Of a DNA stretch of 64,000 bases, positions 29,986 through 41,282 are shown one piece after another (position 1 is the first letter of the stretch; every line of letters starts with the position of its first letter). The DNA lies in assembly GCA_034530875.2 (NCBI GenBank), contig JAVRCJ020000021.1, positions 1-64,000 of the forward strand, written 5' to 3'. Source of the DNA: Nostoc sp. DedSLP01 (lineage in GTDB: Bacteria; Cyanobacteriota; Cyanobacteriia; Cyanobacteriales; Nostocaceae). The notes beneath the pieces were generated by a model that worked only from the letters and a program-made list of their open reading frames with translations, did no database searches and was not told the DNA's origin. The position numbers were made by a program, and so were the translations under genes.

Positions 29986-30387
29986 ATGACATCTGACTCT
30001 TTTAATTTGCCGCCTCTGTTACGAGAAGAAGCCCAAAGATGTGCTGCAAGCCTTGGGGTTTCTCTTGAGGAATTTATTGTCTCAGCTGTGGCTGAAAAAA
30101 TTGGAATCTTCAGCGAACATCCTGACTCTTCTTTATTTTCTGAGGTTACTTACCGTCGGGGTGCTAGTGGTTTAACAGTGCCAATACTGCAAGGAACTGG
30201 CTTGCGGGTACAGACTTTGGCCATCGCATCTCAAAAATGGGGTTTATCTCCTCAAGAAATTGCGGCTGAATATGATTTGAGTGAAGCTCAGGTGGAGGCA
30301 GCTCTAGCTTTCTATGATGCTCATCAGCAAGAAATTGATGAGGCGATCGCATCTGAAGTAGTTCTCGAATCAGCTTACAATGTCTAA
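29986..30387 (+). CDS. DUF433-domain antitoxin
   Basis: PILQGTGLRVQTL...SPQEIAAEYDLSEAQVEAALAFY, with an RHH/HicB-like N-terminus. Confidence 0.85.
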   Translation: MTSDSFNLPPLLREEAQRCAASLGVSLEEFIVSAVAEKIGIFSEHPDSSLFSEVTYRRGASGLTVPILQGTGLRVQTLAIASQKWGLSPQEIAAEYDLSEAQVEAALAFYDAHQQEIDEAIASEVVLESAYNV

Positions 30388-30736
30388 GCTTCTGTTACAT
30401 TTGGATGCTGATACATCAATTAAAGCTTTACATTTAGCTTTGGTTAATCGAGGTCATGATGTCACCCGAACTCCCGCAGATTGGATCCCCTTAGATGCAA
30501 CTGATGAAACCCAATTATTAGAGGCTACTGCTAGAGGAAGGTGTATTTTTACTTTTAATATCCGCGATTTTTTAGTTTTAGCGCAAAGCTATCCTAACCA
30601 TAATGGTATTATTTTAGCTGCCCAAAATAGCTGGAATTTATCTACTTTAATTACTGCTTTAGATTGTCTGCTTGTAGAGACACAAGCTGCTGACTGGATT
30701 GGTCAAGTGCGTTGGCTCAACCAATGGCAAAGATAA
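30380..30736 (+). CDS. DUF5615 PIN-like toxin
   Basis: LHLDAD...GHDV...ATDETQLLEATARGRCIFTFNIRDF...HNGII. Overlaps the antitoxin by 8 nt. Confidence 0.85.
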   Translation: MSKLLLHLDADTSIKALHLALVNRGHDVTRTPADWIPLDATDETQLLEATARGRCIFTFNIRDFLVLAQSYPNHNGIILAAQNSWNLSTLITALDCLLVETQAADWIGQVRWLNQWQR

Positions 30737-30759
30737 CAATATACGAATTACAAATTATC

Positions 30760-31467
30760 ATGAATTTTTGGCTACCTGCACCGACAGATTTAACTTTGTT
30801 ACCAAATGAAATTCATGTCTGGCGGATAAATCTTGACCAACCAGAACTACAGTTACAAAATTTGAGAGAGACGCTTTCTAGTGACGAAATTACTCGCGCT
30901 GAACGATTTCATTTTCCCCAACATCGACAGCGTTTTATTGCTGGGCGTGGTAGCCTGCGAAGTATATTAGGCCGTTACTTGGGTATTAAACCATCAGAAG
31001 TTGAGTTTAATTATCAACAGCGTGGCAAACCATTATTAACAGAGAGATTTGCAAAGAGTGGACTGGAGTTTAACTTGTCTCATTCCCAAGAATTAGGTTT
31101 GTGTGCGGTGAATTGTAGGTCTGAGATTGGCGTAGATTTAGAATATATTCGTCCGGTTTCAGATTTGGAAGCTCTTGCCAAACGGTTCTTTTTGCCGAGA
31201 GAATATGAAATGTTGCGATCGCTTTCTTCAAACCAACAGCAAGAGACATTTTTCCGTTACTGGACTTGCAAGGAAGCTTATTTAAAAGCAACCGGAGACG
31301 GACTCTCCCAATTAGAGGAAGTTGAAGTATTCCTCACTCCCACAGAACCAGCCAAGTTACAGATATCCCAAGACTGGAGTCTTTTTGAATTAGCACCTGC
31401 TAACAATTATGTTGCTGCTGTTGCAGTGGCGAATTCTGGCTGGGAATTAAAATGTTGGCAATATTGA
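30760..31467 (+). CDS. hetI: 4'-phosphopantetheinyl transferase HetI
   Basis: Sfp motifs FNLSHS, IGVDLE and WTCKEAYLKATGDG. It is convergent with the hgl operon. Confidence 0.9.
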   Translation: MNFWLPAPTDLTLLPNEIHVWRINLDQPELQLQNLRETLSSDEITRAERFHFPQHRQRFIAGRGSLRSILGRYLGIKPSEVEFNYQQRGKPLLTERFAKSGLEFNLSHSQELGLCAVNCRSEIGVDLEYIRPVSDLEALAKRFFLPREYEMLRSLSSNQQQETFFRYWTCKEAYLKATGDGLSQLEEVEVFLTPTEPAKLQISQDWSLFELAPANNYVAAVAVANSGWELKCWQY

Positions 31468-31491
31468 TATTAAACATCTGATGAAAATCAA

Positions 31492-31522
31492 TGTAGAGAC
31501 GTAGCAATGCTACGTCTCTACA
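31492..31522. repeat. palindromic dispersed repeat between convergent genes
   Basis: TGTAGAGACGTAGC-AAT-GCTACGTCTCTACA. A related copy is at 32903-32933. Confidence 0.8.
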
Positions 31523-31598
31523 ACGTTTTCGGGTAACGCAGAATTAATTTATGGAGATTTCTACTGGTCATTAATTATTCTCTCCTCTGCCCCTCTAC

Positions 31599-32399
31599 CT
31601 ATTTCTCTTCCTGCATACTTCTAACAATTTTTGTGACTAGTTTTCTAGGTACAAATCTGACACATTTTGCTAGTAGTTTATTGATGAAACCGGGAATGAC
31701 AATGGTTTTGCCTCTCATTAAGGCGCGATAACCGATTTCGGCTACTGTTTGGGCATCCATCATTCTTTTACCCTTGAGCATTTTAGAGTCTGCCATTCCG
31801 GTTCTTTGATGAAAGGCTGATTCTGTGGAACCTGGGCAAAGAACTGTGACAGTGACGCCTGTGCCTTCTAATTCATTGGCGATCGCTTCTGAAAACGATA
31901 AGATATAAGCCTTAGTGGCAAAATAAACCGCCATCAAAGGGCCTGGTTGAAAAGCAGCAGCCGAAGCGACGTTTAATATTTTGCCTTCACCTTGCTTAAC
32001 CATATCCTTGAGAAATAGCTTAGTTAAATGGGTGAGACACACCAAATTTACCTGTAGCATTTCCAATTCAGCAGTTAGACTTGTTTCATGAAATAATCCA
32101 TAAGTACCAAATCCAGCATTATTTACCAGTACATCAACCTGAATATCCGCTTGTTGCAACTCCGTGAAAATCTCGTCTGGAGATGTTGAGATAGATAAAT
32201 CTTTGACAAGAGCTTTGACGAAATTTCCAAATTTTGACTCGAATTTTTCAGCAACTTCTCTTAGCTTTAGCCCATTTTTATCTACTAAGACAAGATTATA
32301 ATCATCAGCTGCGAAAAGATACGCTAATTCGTAGCCAATTCCACTTGCTGCCCCGGTAATAAGAGCAGTTTTGCCATGTCCTTGATGTGTTGTGTTCAT
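31599..32399 (-). CDS. SDR oxidoreductase at the hetN position (lacks RGSGR)
   Basis: TGAASGIG, NNAGFG and YxxxK (YFATK). It sits between hetM and hetI. Confidence 0.85.
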   Translation of the reverse strand: MNTTHQGHGKTALITGAASGIGYELAYLFAADDYNLVLVDKNGLKLREVAEKFESKFGNFVKALVKDLSISTSPDEIFTELQQADIQVDVLVNNAGFGTYGLFHETSLTAELEMLQVNLVCLTHLTKLFLKDMVKQGEGKILNVASAAAFQPGPLMAVYFATKAYILSFSEAIANELEGTGVTVTVLCPGSTESAFHQRTGMADSKMLKGKRMMDAQTVAEIGYRALMRGKTIVIPGFINKLLAKCVRFVPRKLVTKIVRSMQEEK

Positions 32400-32902
32400 G
32401 TAAGAATATCGGTGAATTCAACTGAATTAAACTGCTTTCCATTGCCAGTGGTTCTTGTTCTACAATTAAGTATGCGTAATATCTCAACCTACGAAAAACG
32501 TCTTGAGTCAAAATAATCTGTTATTTAATTTTGAATTACGAATGAAGCGTTGATATATCAGGAAAAAGCAGGAAATATCCCTCTAGAGAAGCATATTTTG
32601 CTTACTCACAAATGTAGGTAAATTCAAAATTTGATGATTTACAATAACCATTGTAGACTGTTTTTTGTCAAGAAGGTAATTTTAAAATTTATGTTTCTAA
32701 AATAAAAGTCATAATTCACAAATAACGAAAACTCTACTTACCAAAAGATAGAGCTTTAGAATGTAATATTCGATACTTTTTATTTGACTTTAAAAGTAGA
32801 AACTGGTTTGTTATCAAAAATTTATAGATTTTGAATTTTGGATTGAATATTCAAAATTCAAAATCTAAAATCCCTATGTCAAATTCCCGTATAAATCCAC
32901 AA

Positions 32903-32933
32903 TGTAGAGACGTTGCATTGCAACGTCTCTACA
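32903..32933. repeat. palindromic dispersed repeat downstream of hetM/hglB
   Basis: TGTAGAGACGTTGC-ATT-GCAACGTCTCTACA. Confidence 0.8.
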
Positions 32934-33002
32934 AATATTTTGATATCATGTACAATCGTTTTCATACATGAAATCAGCAACGCCTAAAATTCTATTGTCT
33001 CT

Positions 33003-34517
33003 CTAAGCGAGATTTAAGAATCCGCTTTGAATCAAATAGGCGGTATAAGTCATAAACAATTGAGAGTCAATTGTCGGGCAAGCAATAGAACTTCCTGCTA
33101 ATGCATGAAGCGTATCTTGACAACTAATATGTGGTCTTCTAGCTTGCAGGTATAAATCAGGAATAGTCAGTTGTTCATCAGACCAGCGTTCCAGCAAAAA
33201 GGGACGCAGAGTGTATAAAGGATTGTCTACAGAAGACACATTATTGATTAACTCTGACTGCCATTTGTCGTAGGGAATCATCTCAACTGAATAACCAAAA
33301 GAACGTATCCAGTCAACTAAAACTTTCAACGGTGCAGGTTGGGGATGTTGTAAATGAAAAGCCTTACCTATCGATTCTTTTTGACGCGATAGATAGACAA
33401 CGGCTTTACTCACATAGTCTACAGGAGACATATCCAACATATATTCTACATCGGGGAAACTTCCCATTTGTAGACAGCCTTTAGCCATCAAATTGATAAA
33501 GTCATGGGTGTTACAAATACCTGTTTGACTATCTCCAGAAATCAGAGGTGGACGATAGATAGTTACAGGAAGTCCTCTGTCACGGGCGATTTTAACTAAT
33601 CTTTCAGCTACCCATTTTGTTTGGGAATAGCCAAGATAAATACCTTCCCAATGACTGAATTCATCCTGTTCTTTGACAACCTTACCAGCATAAACAGGCG
33701 ATTCAAAAACAGCAACGCTGGAAACGTAATGTACGGGCTTGACTTTAATTTGACAAGCTAATCTTAAAACTTCTTGAGTTCCCAGAACGTTAGCAGCCTT
33801 CAATGCCGAGTATGGGTAAACATAATTCAACAAAGCACCGCTATGATAGATACTATCAATTTTGGCAGCTAAGATTTGAAATTGTTCTAAGCCAAGACCT
33901 AACAATGGTAAAGATAAATCGCCAACAACAGGAATAATTCTAGTATTATATTCTTCCTGCCAAATTGCATATTGTTGGAGATTATTTTGCAGTTTTGTCT
34001 TGCCTGCTTCGGGATTATCTGCACGGACTAAACAATAAATATCCGCCTTAGTTTCCTGTAGTAATTCCCGGATGATAAAGGCTCCTAAAAAGCCGGTTCC
34101 TCCAGTTAAAAAAATGTTTTTGGGTTCGCCTACAGGTAAATTAACAGCAGCGCCAGGATTAATTGTAGGGTCAAGAACAGCCTCGGCACCTAAATTTAAA
34201 ACCAAGGGAGTAGTATTGACGGTAGAAGATGCTGATTTTGTATCTTGAATCGCTGAATCTTCTTGTACTTCTTCAGCTAAACGCTGCGAAAGTGATGCAA
34301 TATTTGGGTAATGCCATAACAGCAGCGGAGATGGTTGAAATCCGAGCAATTTTTCTAATTTACCTACTAGAATCATTGCTTGGGCAGAATCCAAGCCATA
34401 GTTTTCTAAATGTTCTTCGATGTCGATATCAGCAGTTTCAGCATTTAGCAACTCAGCTAAGTTGGATACTAAAAAATTCTGAATATCTGCTGCGGTAAAA
34501 GACTGTTTTAAAGTCAT
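33003..34517 (-). CDS. hetM: heterocyst glycolipid synthase HglB/HetM (ACP + thioester reductase)
   Basis: ACP motif YGLDSA, reductase LTGGTGFLG and [10 protein letters not shown]. Confidence 0.92.
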   Translation of the reverse strand: MTLKQSFTAADIQNFLVSNLAELLNAETADIDIEEHLENYGLDSAQAMILVGKLEKLLGFQPSPLLLWHYPNIASLSQRLAEEVQEDSAIQDTKSASSTVNTTPLVLNLGAEAVLDPTINPGAAVNLPVGEPKNIFLTGGTGFLGAFIIRELLQETKADIYCLVRADNPEAGKTKLQNNLQQYAIWQEEYNTRIIPVVGDLSLPLLGLGLEQFQILAAKIDSIYHSGALLNYVYPYSALKAANVLGTQEVLRLACQIKVKPVHYVSSVAVFESPVYAGKVVKEQDEFSHWEGIYLGYSQTKWVAERLVKIARDRGLPVTIYRPPLISGDSQTGICNTHDFINLMAKGCLQMGSFPDVEYMLDMSPVDYVSKAVVYLSRQKESIGKAFHLQHPQPAPLKVLVDWIRSFGYSVEMIPYDKWQSELINNVSSVDNPLYTLRPFLLERWSDEQLTIPDLYLQARRPHISCQDTLHALAGSSIACPTIDSQLFMTYTAYLIQSGFLNLA

Positions 34518-34519
34518 TT

Positions 34520-36193
34520 TTAAATCTCCAATAATGTAGAAGGTACTGGTTGATATTGACTGTAATAATTAGAGACTTGTAGCCCTTGCATTTTCAAACT
34601 TTGGATGCGATATAAAAAGGCTGCGCCCGTCATAATTTGGTCAGCAACATCAACTACTCGGCGATTATTTGGGTCAGACAGGTAAGAACCTTTTACCCAG
34701 TCGTTGAAGCTACCCATCGCGGGGCCGCACCAAATTTGATAATCGACTTCTCTACCTTTTTCACCAGAATTAGACCAGCGAGAAGATAATCCTAAATACC
34801 AGCGGAAAATCAATGCCATTTTTAGCTTAGGATTATTAACAGCTTTGCCCAATTTTTCGGGGTTTCTTTGGGACAAATAAGCCGCTGTTCCTTCCCAAAC
34901 TTCAGCAATAGTTTTGCGGAAAACTTGTTTTTCTAATTTCTCTCTTTCTGCCAGAGGAATGTCTTCAATTGAGTCATAAGCGCGATAGAGTTCAAATAAT
35001 TTTTGCGCCCGCATGGGGAACATTGTACCCCGTTTGAGGACTTGCAATTTGACTCCCATTTCAAACATATCTGCGGCTGGTGCCATCATCATATCAGCCA
35101 TTTCTGCTTGAGCAAGTAATTTTTTGGTATGCTCGCAAGCTCCAGATTCAATGCATGATTGATTAATAGAACCAGTTACTATGTAAGCAGCACCCATCAT
35201 GAAACCGGCTAATGCTGATTCTGGGGTGCCAATTCCACCTGCTACTCCGACTCGAATGGGTATTTGGTAATGATATTGGGCTTGAATTTCGTCGCGCAAA
35301 GCAACAATAGAAGGTAGCAAACAAACCAAGGGACGGTTATCTGTATGACCGCCAGAATCAGCTTCGACAGTGATATCATCAGCCATCGGAACTTTAGCGG
35401 CGAGAGTTGCTTGCAGGTCTGTAATTAATCCTTGTTGGAGAAGTTCTTTAAGAATTCTGGGTGGCGCCGGTTGCATAAATTTTGTAGCAACTTCTCGGCG
35501 GGAAATTTTGGCAATGACTTTATTTCTGATTTCAATTTGATTGGCGTCATTTAATCCCAAACCTGCTACGCGATAGTAGACAATATTGGGAGTTAAATCT
35601 AAAAATGCAGATGCTTCTACGGTTTTTACCTGATATTTGAGATATAAATCTACAGCACGGCGTTCAATTGCGGGTTCGCTGGGACTGTGAATTAAATTAA
35701 ATGCGTAAGGGCCTTGGGGTAAGGCTTGTTGAATTTTCTTAATGGCTGCTTCTAAACGGTCTGGACTTAAACCACCTGCGCCAAAGGAACTTAAGATTTG
35801 GGCTTTTCCGAGTGCAATTACCATTTCTTCTGAAGCAATTCCGCCAGCCATTGCACCGGTAGCGTAGGCATATTTGACATTATGAAAGGAGAGGAAATTG
35901 GGATCTCCTAATTGTTGAATTCTGACTGGTGTCACAAATGTCAACAGTTCTATTTGTGCTGCTGTGCCGTTTTCAGTAGGGGATAAATACCCTTCGTTGG
36001 TGACACCGATTTTTCCGGCAACTTTCACGACGTAGCAAGGTTTATCTAATACCATCAATTTATTTTTGATGGTTTGTTGGTCGAAAGATATTGATTCTAA
36101 TGAACCTTTCCAAGTTTGGTTTTGAGTATGAGACCAAGGGGAGAAGTTCAGGCCGTTATCGTGTTTACTTAGTACCGTATCTACGGTTGTCAC
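34520..36193 (-). CDS. hglA: PfaD-family enoyl reductase HglA
   Basis: [21 protein letters not shown] and [11 protein letters not shown]. Start moved to GTG 36193. Confidence 0.9.
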   Translation of the reverse strand: MTTVDTVLSKHDNGLNFSPWSHTQNQTWKGSLESISFDQQTIKNKLMVLDKPCYVVKVAGKIGVTNEGYLSPTENGTAAQIELLTFVTPVRIQQLGDPNFLSFHNVKYAYATGAMAGGIASEEMVIALGKAQILSSFGAGGLSPDRLEAAIKKIQQALPQGPYAFNLIHSPSEPAIERRAVDLYLKYQVKTVEASAFLDLTPNIVYYRVAGLGLNDANQIEIRNKVIAKISRREVATKFMQPAPPRILKELLQQGLITDLQATLAAKVPMADDITVEADSGGHTDNRPLVCLLPSIVALRDEIQAQYHYQIPIRVGVAGGIGTPESALAGFMMGAAYIVTGSINQSCIESGACEHTKKLLAQAEMADMMMAPAADMFEMGVKLQVLKRGTMFPMRAQKLFELYRAYDSIEDIPLAEREKLEKQVFRKTIAEVWEGTAAYLSQRNPEKLGKAVNNPKLKMALIFRWYLGLSSRWSNSGEKGREVDYQIWCGPAMGSFNDWVKGSYLSDPNNRRVVDVADQIMTGAAFLYRIQSLKMQGLQVSNYYSQYQPVPSTLLEI

Positions 36194-36339
36194 AGCAGTT
36201 GTCCCTCGAATTATTAGCGTTGGAGTTGGGTTTTTGTAGAAGTTTGAATTTCTATCACGCAGAGACGCGGAGGCGCGGAGAGTTTGAGAGATGGGCAATT
36301 AGTGTGGTGCTGCGGTTCACTAATTGGTTTGTGGTTTCT

Positions 36340-39300
36340 TTATTTGGATTCTTCGTCGAGTAAGTTTTGGGCGCAGGCTAATTGGAGTTGGATGATTTCA
36401 CTCATTTGCTTGCTAAATTCTTGTCTGGCTTGTAGGAAGGCTGTGTGTGCTTTAGTTATCTTGGAATTGTTAGCGTTGAGTTTTTGATACTGAGATTTAT
36501 TTAAATCTGACATGTGGATGATTCTACGAAGTTTCCGAGTGGTGGTTGGTGGGGAAAATTTAGGTTGAGTGGTTGTTTGTTCAATTGACTCAGAAGATTT
36601 TACTTCTTCTTTAAATTCAAAACCGTTATTAATGATATTTTTTGCTGCAACTTTTTCAGATTGGATAGGTGAGGGTGGGATGTGATTGGGATTACTTGTT
36701 TGGGAGGAAATTGGGCTGGGAATTTCTAATGAGGAGTCGGGTAAAATTTGAGGTTGGATTTTGGGGCGATCGCCTTTACATTTCTCAACTAAATTCTCAA
36801 ATATTTGGCGGTTATCTTCAGTCAAAATGCTATCAGTAATTGAATGTCCACCCAAGGTTACAGTTCTCAGAGTTGCCTTAGTTTGATTGGTAGTTTGGGC
36901 AACACTATATAGTGGCGATAAATCGACATCTACCTGGTGACTAACCAGTTTTGCCAGTGCTTTGACAAAAGCAGTATGGTCATCCATACCTCTACGATTT
37001 AGGGATACTGTAATGTGTTCTTTACCTTGGAGAATTTTATCAATCCAGCGAGAACAGACATTACCTGCACCAGCTTCAATGAATATTTTGGCACCATCAT
37101 TGTAGAGGCAATTAACTAATCTGGGGAAGTCTAATTGTTGAGAAAGACCCGTGGCAATACTACGAGCAATTTCGCCACTCTCTAGTTTAATTGGTTGATA
37201 TTCAGCAGCAGAATAAAAGACAACGCCAGGAATATTTTGTGATGGTAAAGTGTTTAATTTCACCAATTCACCATATTCAGAACGCATCGTTCCGCAGTGA
37301 ATCACATGGTCGAAGGGAGCCGGGAAAGCATTACAGTCCAAGGCTTTGATAACTCGCTGACAAGCTGCTGGTTCGCCAGCAATTAATACTTCTTCCGGTG
37401 TATTAATCTGAGTTAAGTAAACGCGCTGTTCATTTTTTAGACATTCCCTTACTTGCTCTGGGCTAGCCATTAAAACATAGTTACCCCAAAGATTATTGTC
37501 GGAAGCTGAGGAAATTTTTGGTAGTCCCCAATACTCACGCACAGCATTTTTCGGCCCGGATAATCTATCGCCAAATAAAGCCGATGAGTTGAAGCTACTA
37601 CTACCTTCATAAAAATTGCTCCAAACTCCCTGAGCAACCATCATGCTTGTTTCACCCAAGCTATACCCAAAAACATATTTAGGTTTAACTTGAAAATCAT
37701 CACGAATAATCGTAGTCAGTAATCTGGTGCAAAACATTTCGGCTTCAAACATTGCTAGAGAATCATCTAGCAATTTCTTTTCTAGTGTTTCTAGTTCCCT
37801 AGTAGTAAATTTTTTCAAACTTCTGGGAAAAACTAGCGGTTCAACATCAGCAGCACGTTTGTAAATACTTTTAACCATTAAGTCGTTGTAGACTCTTGGG
37901 AATAAGCGAAATAGCGTGCGACCGATGCCAAGATAAGAATTGACTGCTGCCGGATAAATGTAAGCAATTTCACCTTTTTTACCCAATGGTTTAGCAGTGA
38001 AATAACTACCCACAGGTGTTTGCCAATCTCCTCCACGTTCAAAAGCATTATTTACACCTTTACGTGCAGATTCGATTTCTTTGAGTAATTCTTTTTGGTT
38101 GCGTCCTGTAATTGATAGGACATATTTTGCCGCTGATTGTTTTTGAAAGTTCTCAAAATATTTGCTAGCAATTGCTTTGAGAGAAGGAGAATTTTCAACA
38201 GCTTTTTGCAAATTATCCAAAGCCGCAAATAAACTTGAGCTATCATCAGCCGGGATGGGGAAAAGACAAAAAGGTTTTTCCTGTAAATATCGGCTGGTGC
38301 GTTCTTCTTGGCTACCTTCTTCGGATAAAATCACATGAGCAAAACTGCCATCACAGCCAATACTATTAAGTGCGGAAACTCTCGATTTAGCGTTTTTCCC
38401 TAAAAACCAAGGTCTTGATTCTGTCGCCACATAGAAAGGACTGCCTTCCCATGCTTGCGGCGTTTTCACACCAGACCAATTGGGAGTACCGGGTATGTAC
38501 CTGTGATATAAGCAAAGAGCGTTTTTAATTAGGCTGGCAATTCCCGAAGCAACGTAGGTATGACCGATATTGGCTTTGACGCTACCAATTGCACAGTGCA
38601 ACCCATCTCCTACTGGCGGATAAGCTTGCAGTAAACCTGTGATTTCGGCTGCATCTTCCTGGGGAATACCACTACCGCAAACTTCCAGGTAGTTCACCTC
38701 TGTGGGTTGGATACCTGCAATGTCGAAAGCTTGTTTGCAGACTTGGCTGATAGTTTCGCCGTCTACAACGGTGGAATGGGCTTGTCCGATGCTAACGGCG
38801 TCAATAACTGCATAGATGCGTTCCGCATTTTCTAGGGCGGTGTCATGACGTTTGAGAACAATTGCACCCGCACCTTCACCTACTGTCCAGCCGTCTGCGT
38901 TTTGGTCGTAACTCAAGGTATTGATACCCGTATTCACCTTAGCCATTTGGCTTCGGAGTAAGACGTTTTCGACACCGCCAGCTAAGTCAACAGCACCAAC
39001 AACCACAGCTTCGACTTCTCCAGCAGCTAGTAGCATTTGCGCTACTTCTAAAGCTTTGAGGGCGGAATTTTCGCCCGCAGTCATCGTAAATGCTGGGCCG
39101 GTGAAGTTCCATAAGGCAGAAATGCGGCTTGCCATAATGTTGGCGATGTGGCTGACATATTCGCCAATTTCTACGGGATGATGGAGGCTATCTTTGACGA
39201 TGGTTTCTAGTTGAGTTTGCTGTTCTGTAGGTAAAGAGATTTCTTGAGTGAGTAAGCCTTCTTTAACTTGCCAGGGCAAATTCCATCTTTGCTGTAGTTG

Positions 39301-41070
39301 GTGTACAGATAATTCTGTTTCAGCGGCAATGATAACTGCGACGTTGCTGCCTTCTCGGATTTTCGCATCTTTGAGGGCGCGATCGCTCACTTTCAGAAGT
39401 AGTAATTGTTGTGGATTTAATTTATCTACTTCATTCGGTGGAATTTTACACGCTAATGTATCGATTTCAAAATCTTGAATGTATGCCCCGACTGGTGCTT
39501 TACCTTCTGGCAAACCATATTCTTTAAGTAAATTTTCTTGGTTTTCTATACCCTGCCATCTTTGCGGCGGTAACGAAACAAAATGCTGAGTGCCATCGTA
39601 AATCGAACGTTCAAAAGCATCTAAGCCGTTACAGTTGCCGAAGAAAGCATCCATGCCGACAATGGCAAGTTTTACAGGTGGAACAGGTTCGGTTGAATTG
39701 TCTAATTCTGTTGTCGTTCCTTGTTCTAAAATCAGATGAGAATTAGTGCCGCCAAAACCAAAAGCACTGATAGCAGCCCGTTTTATTGAAGCGTTATTAT
39801 TAGGCCATGCTGTAGCGGTTTTAACAATTTTATCGGCGGGAATTTTACTGTTTTCAGTAGCTATGGGTTCGGTAACATTCAAAGTTGGTGGAATGACACC
39901 GTTGGACATACTCAAAATTACTTTAGTCAAGCCAACCATACCAGCCGCAGTTAATAAATGACCAGTATTTGCTTTAGCAGAACCTATCAATGGTGCAGCT
40001 TGATGTTGACCAAAGAATGTTTCGATAGAATTAAATTCTGTTGTATCTCCTAATAATGTGCCGGTAGCATGGCACTCTAAATAATCGATGGTTTGAGGAC
40101 TAATTTTTGCCTCGTTATAAGCTCTCTCAAAAGCCAGAATTTGTCCTTTAGGATTGGGGCTGAGTAAATGCTTTCCTTTACCATCATTGGAGAGTCCATT
40201 ACCGCAGATGGTAGCGAGAATTTTATCGCCATCTCTGACAGCATCAGAATATCTCTTGAGCATCACTATGCCAACACCATCGGCGGGAATTAGCCCTCTG
40301 GATGATTTATCTAAGGGACGGCTAAGACCGTTTTCTGGAAATCCTTGGACGCCAGAAAATAACATCCGCACAAATAGGGAATCTGCACTACTGATAGCAC
40401 CGGCTAACATTACGTCGGCTTTGCGCGATCGCAAATAATGAGACGCCAGTTTAATGGCATAAAATGATGATGAACAAGCAGCATCGAGACATAAATTAAT
40501 GCGGGATAACGATAAGGCTTGAGCGATTATTGCTGCTGGTAAGCCGGAAATCATCGCATTATATAATGATGCTTGATTGGCGGTTGGTAGAGTGGGTAAA
40601 TCTAAATCTGGAAGTTGTAAAAGTTCTTTGAGGGCAGGTGTAATGCTTTTTTGGTAGATGGGAGAAAATAATTGATTGGAAAGTTTTGTGGGGAATGAAA
40701 GGTTTCCCAAAATTACACCGCATTTGGAGAGAATACTTTGATTGCCCCAATAACCGCTTTGGAGAATTGCTTGTTTGGCGGCGTACAATGACCATTTGAA
40801 GGTGTTATCTAAACTCTCAAGTAATTCTGGTGGTAGGTTGTAGCCAGATGGGTCAAATTCAAAGTTGCGGATGTATCCACCTTTGAGGGAATAGGTCTTA
40901 TCTGGTGTGCCTTTGAGTGGATGATGGAAGATTTCTGGATCTACTCCAAATTCTTGGATGGTTGCAGAGGACGTGGAGTCTTTTTTATTGATAATATTTT
41001 GCCAAAATTCTTCAGTGTTTTTGGCATCGGGGAATAGACATGACAATGCGATAATGGCGATTTTTTCCAT
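36340..41070 (-). CDS. hglC: fused HglD-HglC polyketide synthase (KS + CLF-like KS + AT; PfaB/C family)
   Basis: KS1 has DAACSSS/HATGT/GH. KS2 lacks the catalytic Cys (TAGENSAL). AT motif GYSLGE. Start at MEKIAII. Confidence 0.85.
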   Translation of the reverse strand: MEKIAIIALSCLFPDAKNTEEFWQNIINKKDSTSSATIQEFGVDPEIFHHPLKGTPDKTYSLKGGYIRNFEFDPSGYNLPPELLESLDNTFKWSLYAAKQAILQSGYWGNQSILSKCGVILGNLSFPTKLSNQLFSPIYQKSITPALKELLQLPDLDLPTLPTANQASLYNAMISGLPAAIIAQALSLSRINLCLDAACSSSFYAIKLASHYLRSRKADVMLAGAISSADSLFVRMLFSGVQGFPENGLSRPLDKSSRGLIPADGVGIVMLKRYSDAVRDGDKILATICGNGLSNDGKGKHLLSPNPKGQILAFERAYNEAKISPQTIDYLECHATGTLLGDTTEFNSIETFFGQHQAAPLIGSAKANTGHLLTAAGMVGLTKVILSMSNGVIPPTLNVTEPIATENSKIPADKIVKTATAWPNNNASIKRAAISAFGFGGTNSHLILEQGTTTELDNSTEPVPPVKLAIVGMDAFFGNCNGLDAFERSIYDGTQHFVSLPPQRWQGIENQENLLKEYGLPEGKAPVGAYIQDFEIDTLACKIPPNEVDKLNPQQLLLLKVSDRALKDAKIREGSNVAVIIAAETELSVHQLQQRWNLPWQVKEGLLTQEISLPTEQQTQLETIVKDSLHHPVEIGEYVSHIANIMASRISALWNFTGPAFTMTAGENSALKALEVAQMLLAAGEVEAVVVGAVDLAGGVENVLLRSQMAKVNTGINTLSYDQNADGWTVGEGAGAIVLKRHDTALENAERIYAVIDAVSIGQAHSTVVDGETISQVCKQAFDIAGIQPTEVNYLEVCGSGIPQEDAAEITGLLQAYPPVGDGLHCAIGSVKANIGHTYVASGIASLIKNALCLYHRYIPGTPNWSGVKTPQAWEGSPFYVATESRPWFLGKNAKSRVSALNSIGCDGSFAHVILSEEGSQEERTSRYLQEKPFCLFPIPADDSSSLFAALDNLQKAVENSPSLKAIASKYFENFQKQSAAKYVLSITGRNQKELLKEIESARKGVNNAFERGGDWQTPVGSYFTAKPLGKKGEIAYIYPAAVNSYLGIGRTLFRLFPRVYNDLMVKSIYKRAADVEPLVFPRSLKKFTTRELETLEKKLLDDSLAMFEAEMFCTRLLTTIIRDDFQVKPKYVFGYSLGETSMMVAQGVWSNFYEGSSSFNSSALFGDRLSGPKNAVREYWGLPKISSASDNNLWGNYVLMASPEQVRECLKNEQRVYLTQINTPEEVLIAGEPAACQRVIKALDCNAFPAPFDHVIHCGTMRSEYGELVKLNTLPSQNIPGVVFYSAAEYQPIKLESGEIARSIATGLSQQLDFPRLVNCLYNDGAKIFIEAGAGNVCSRWIDKILQGKEHITVSLNRRGMDDHTAFVKALAKLVSHQVDVDLSPLYSVAQTTNQTKATLRTVTLGGHSITDSILTEDNRQIFENLVEKCKGDRPKIQPQILPDSSLEIPSPISSQTSNPNHIPPSPIQSEKVAAKNIINNGFEFKEEVKSSESIEQTTTQPKFSPPTTTRKLRRIIHMSDLNKSQYQKLNANNSKITKAHTAFLQARQEFSKQMSEIIQLQLACAQNLLDEESK

Positions 41071-41282
41071 TATTTTTATCCTCAAGGTTTGGGTATTAGG
41101 GATGAGCAAAAGGCAGGATTTACGCTGTTCCCCAAACTTGAAAATTCACGCAGAGGCGCGGAGGCGCAGAGGAGAGGAGAGTTATACCAATTGAAAAAAG
41201 AATGCTATGGATGGATTTCCAGAATCGAGATGCACAAAGCAATTCTCAATCCAAAATCTAAAATCTAAAATCCAAAATGGTA

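Noticed and set aside
36194..36298. N-terminal extension of HglA
   Set aside because: It runs through an intergenic repeat. GTG 36193 is the more plausible start.
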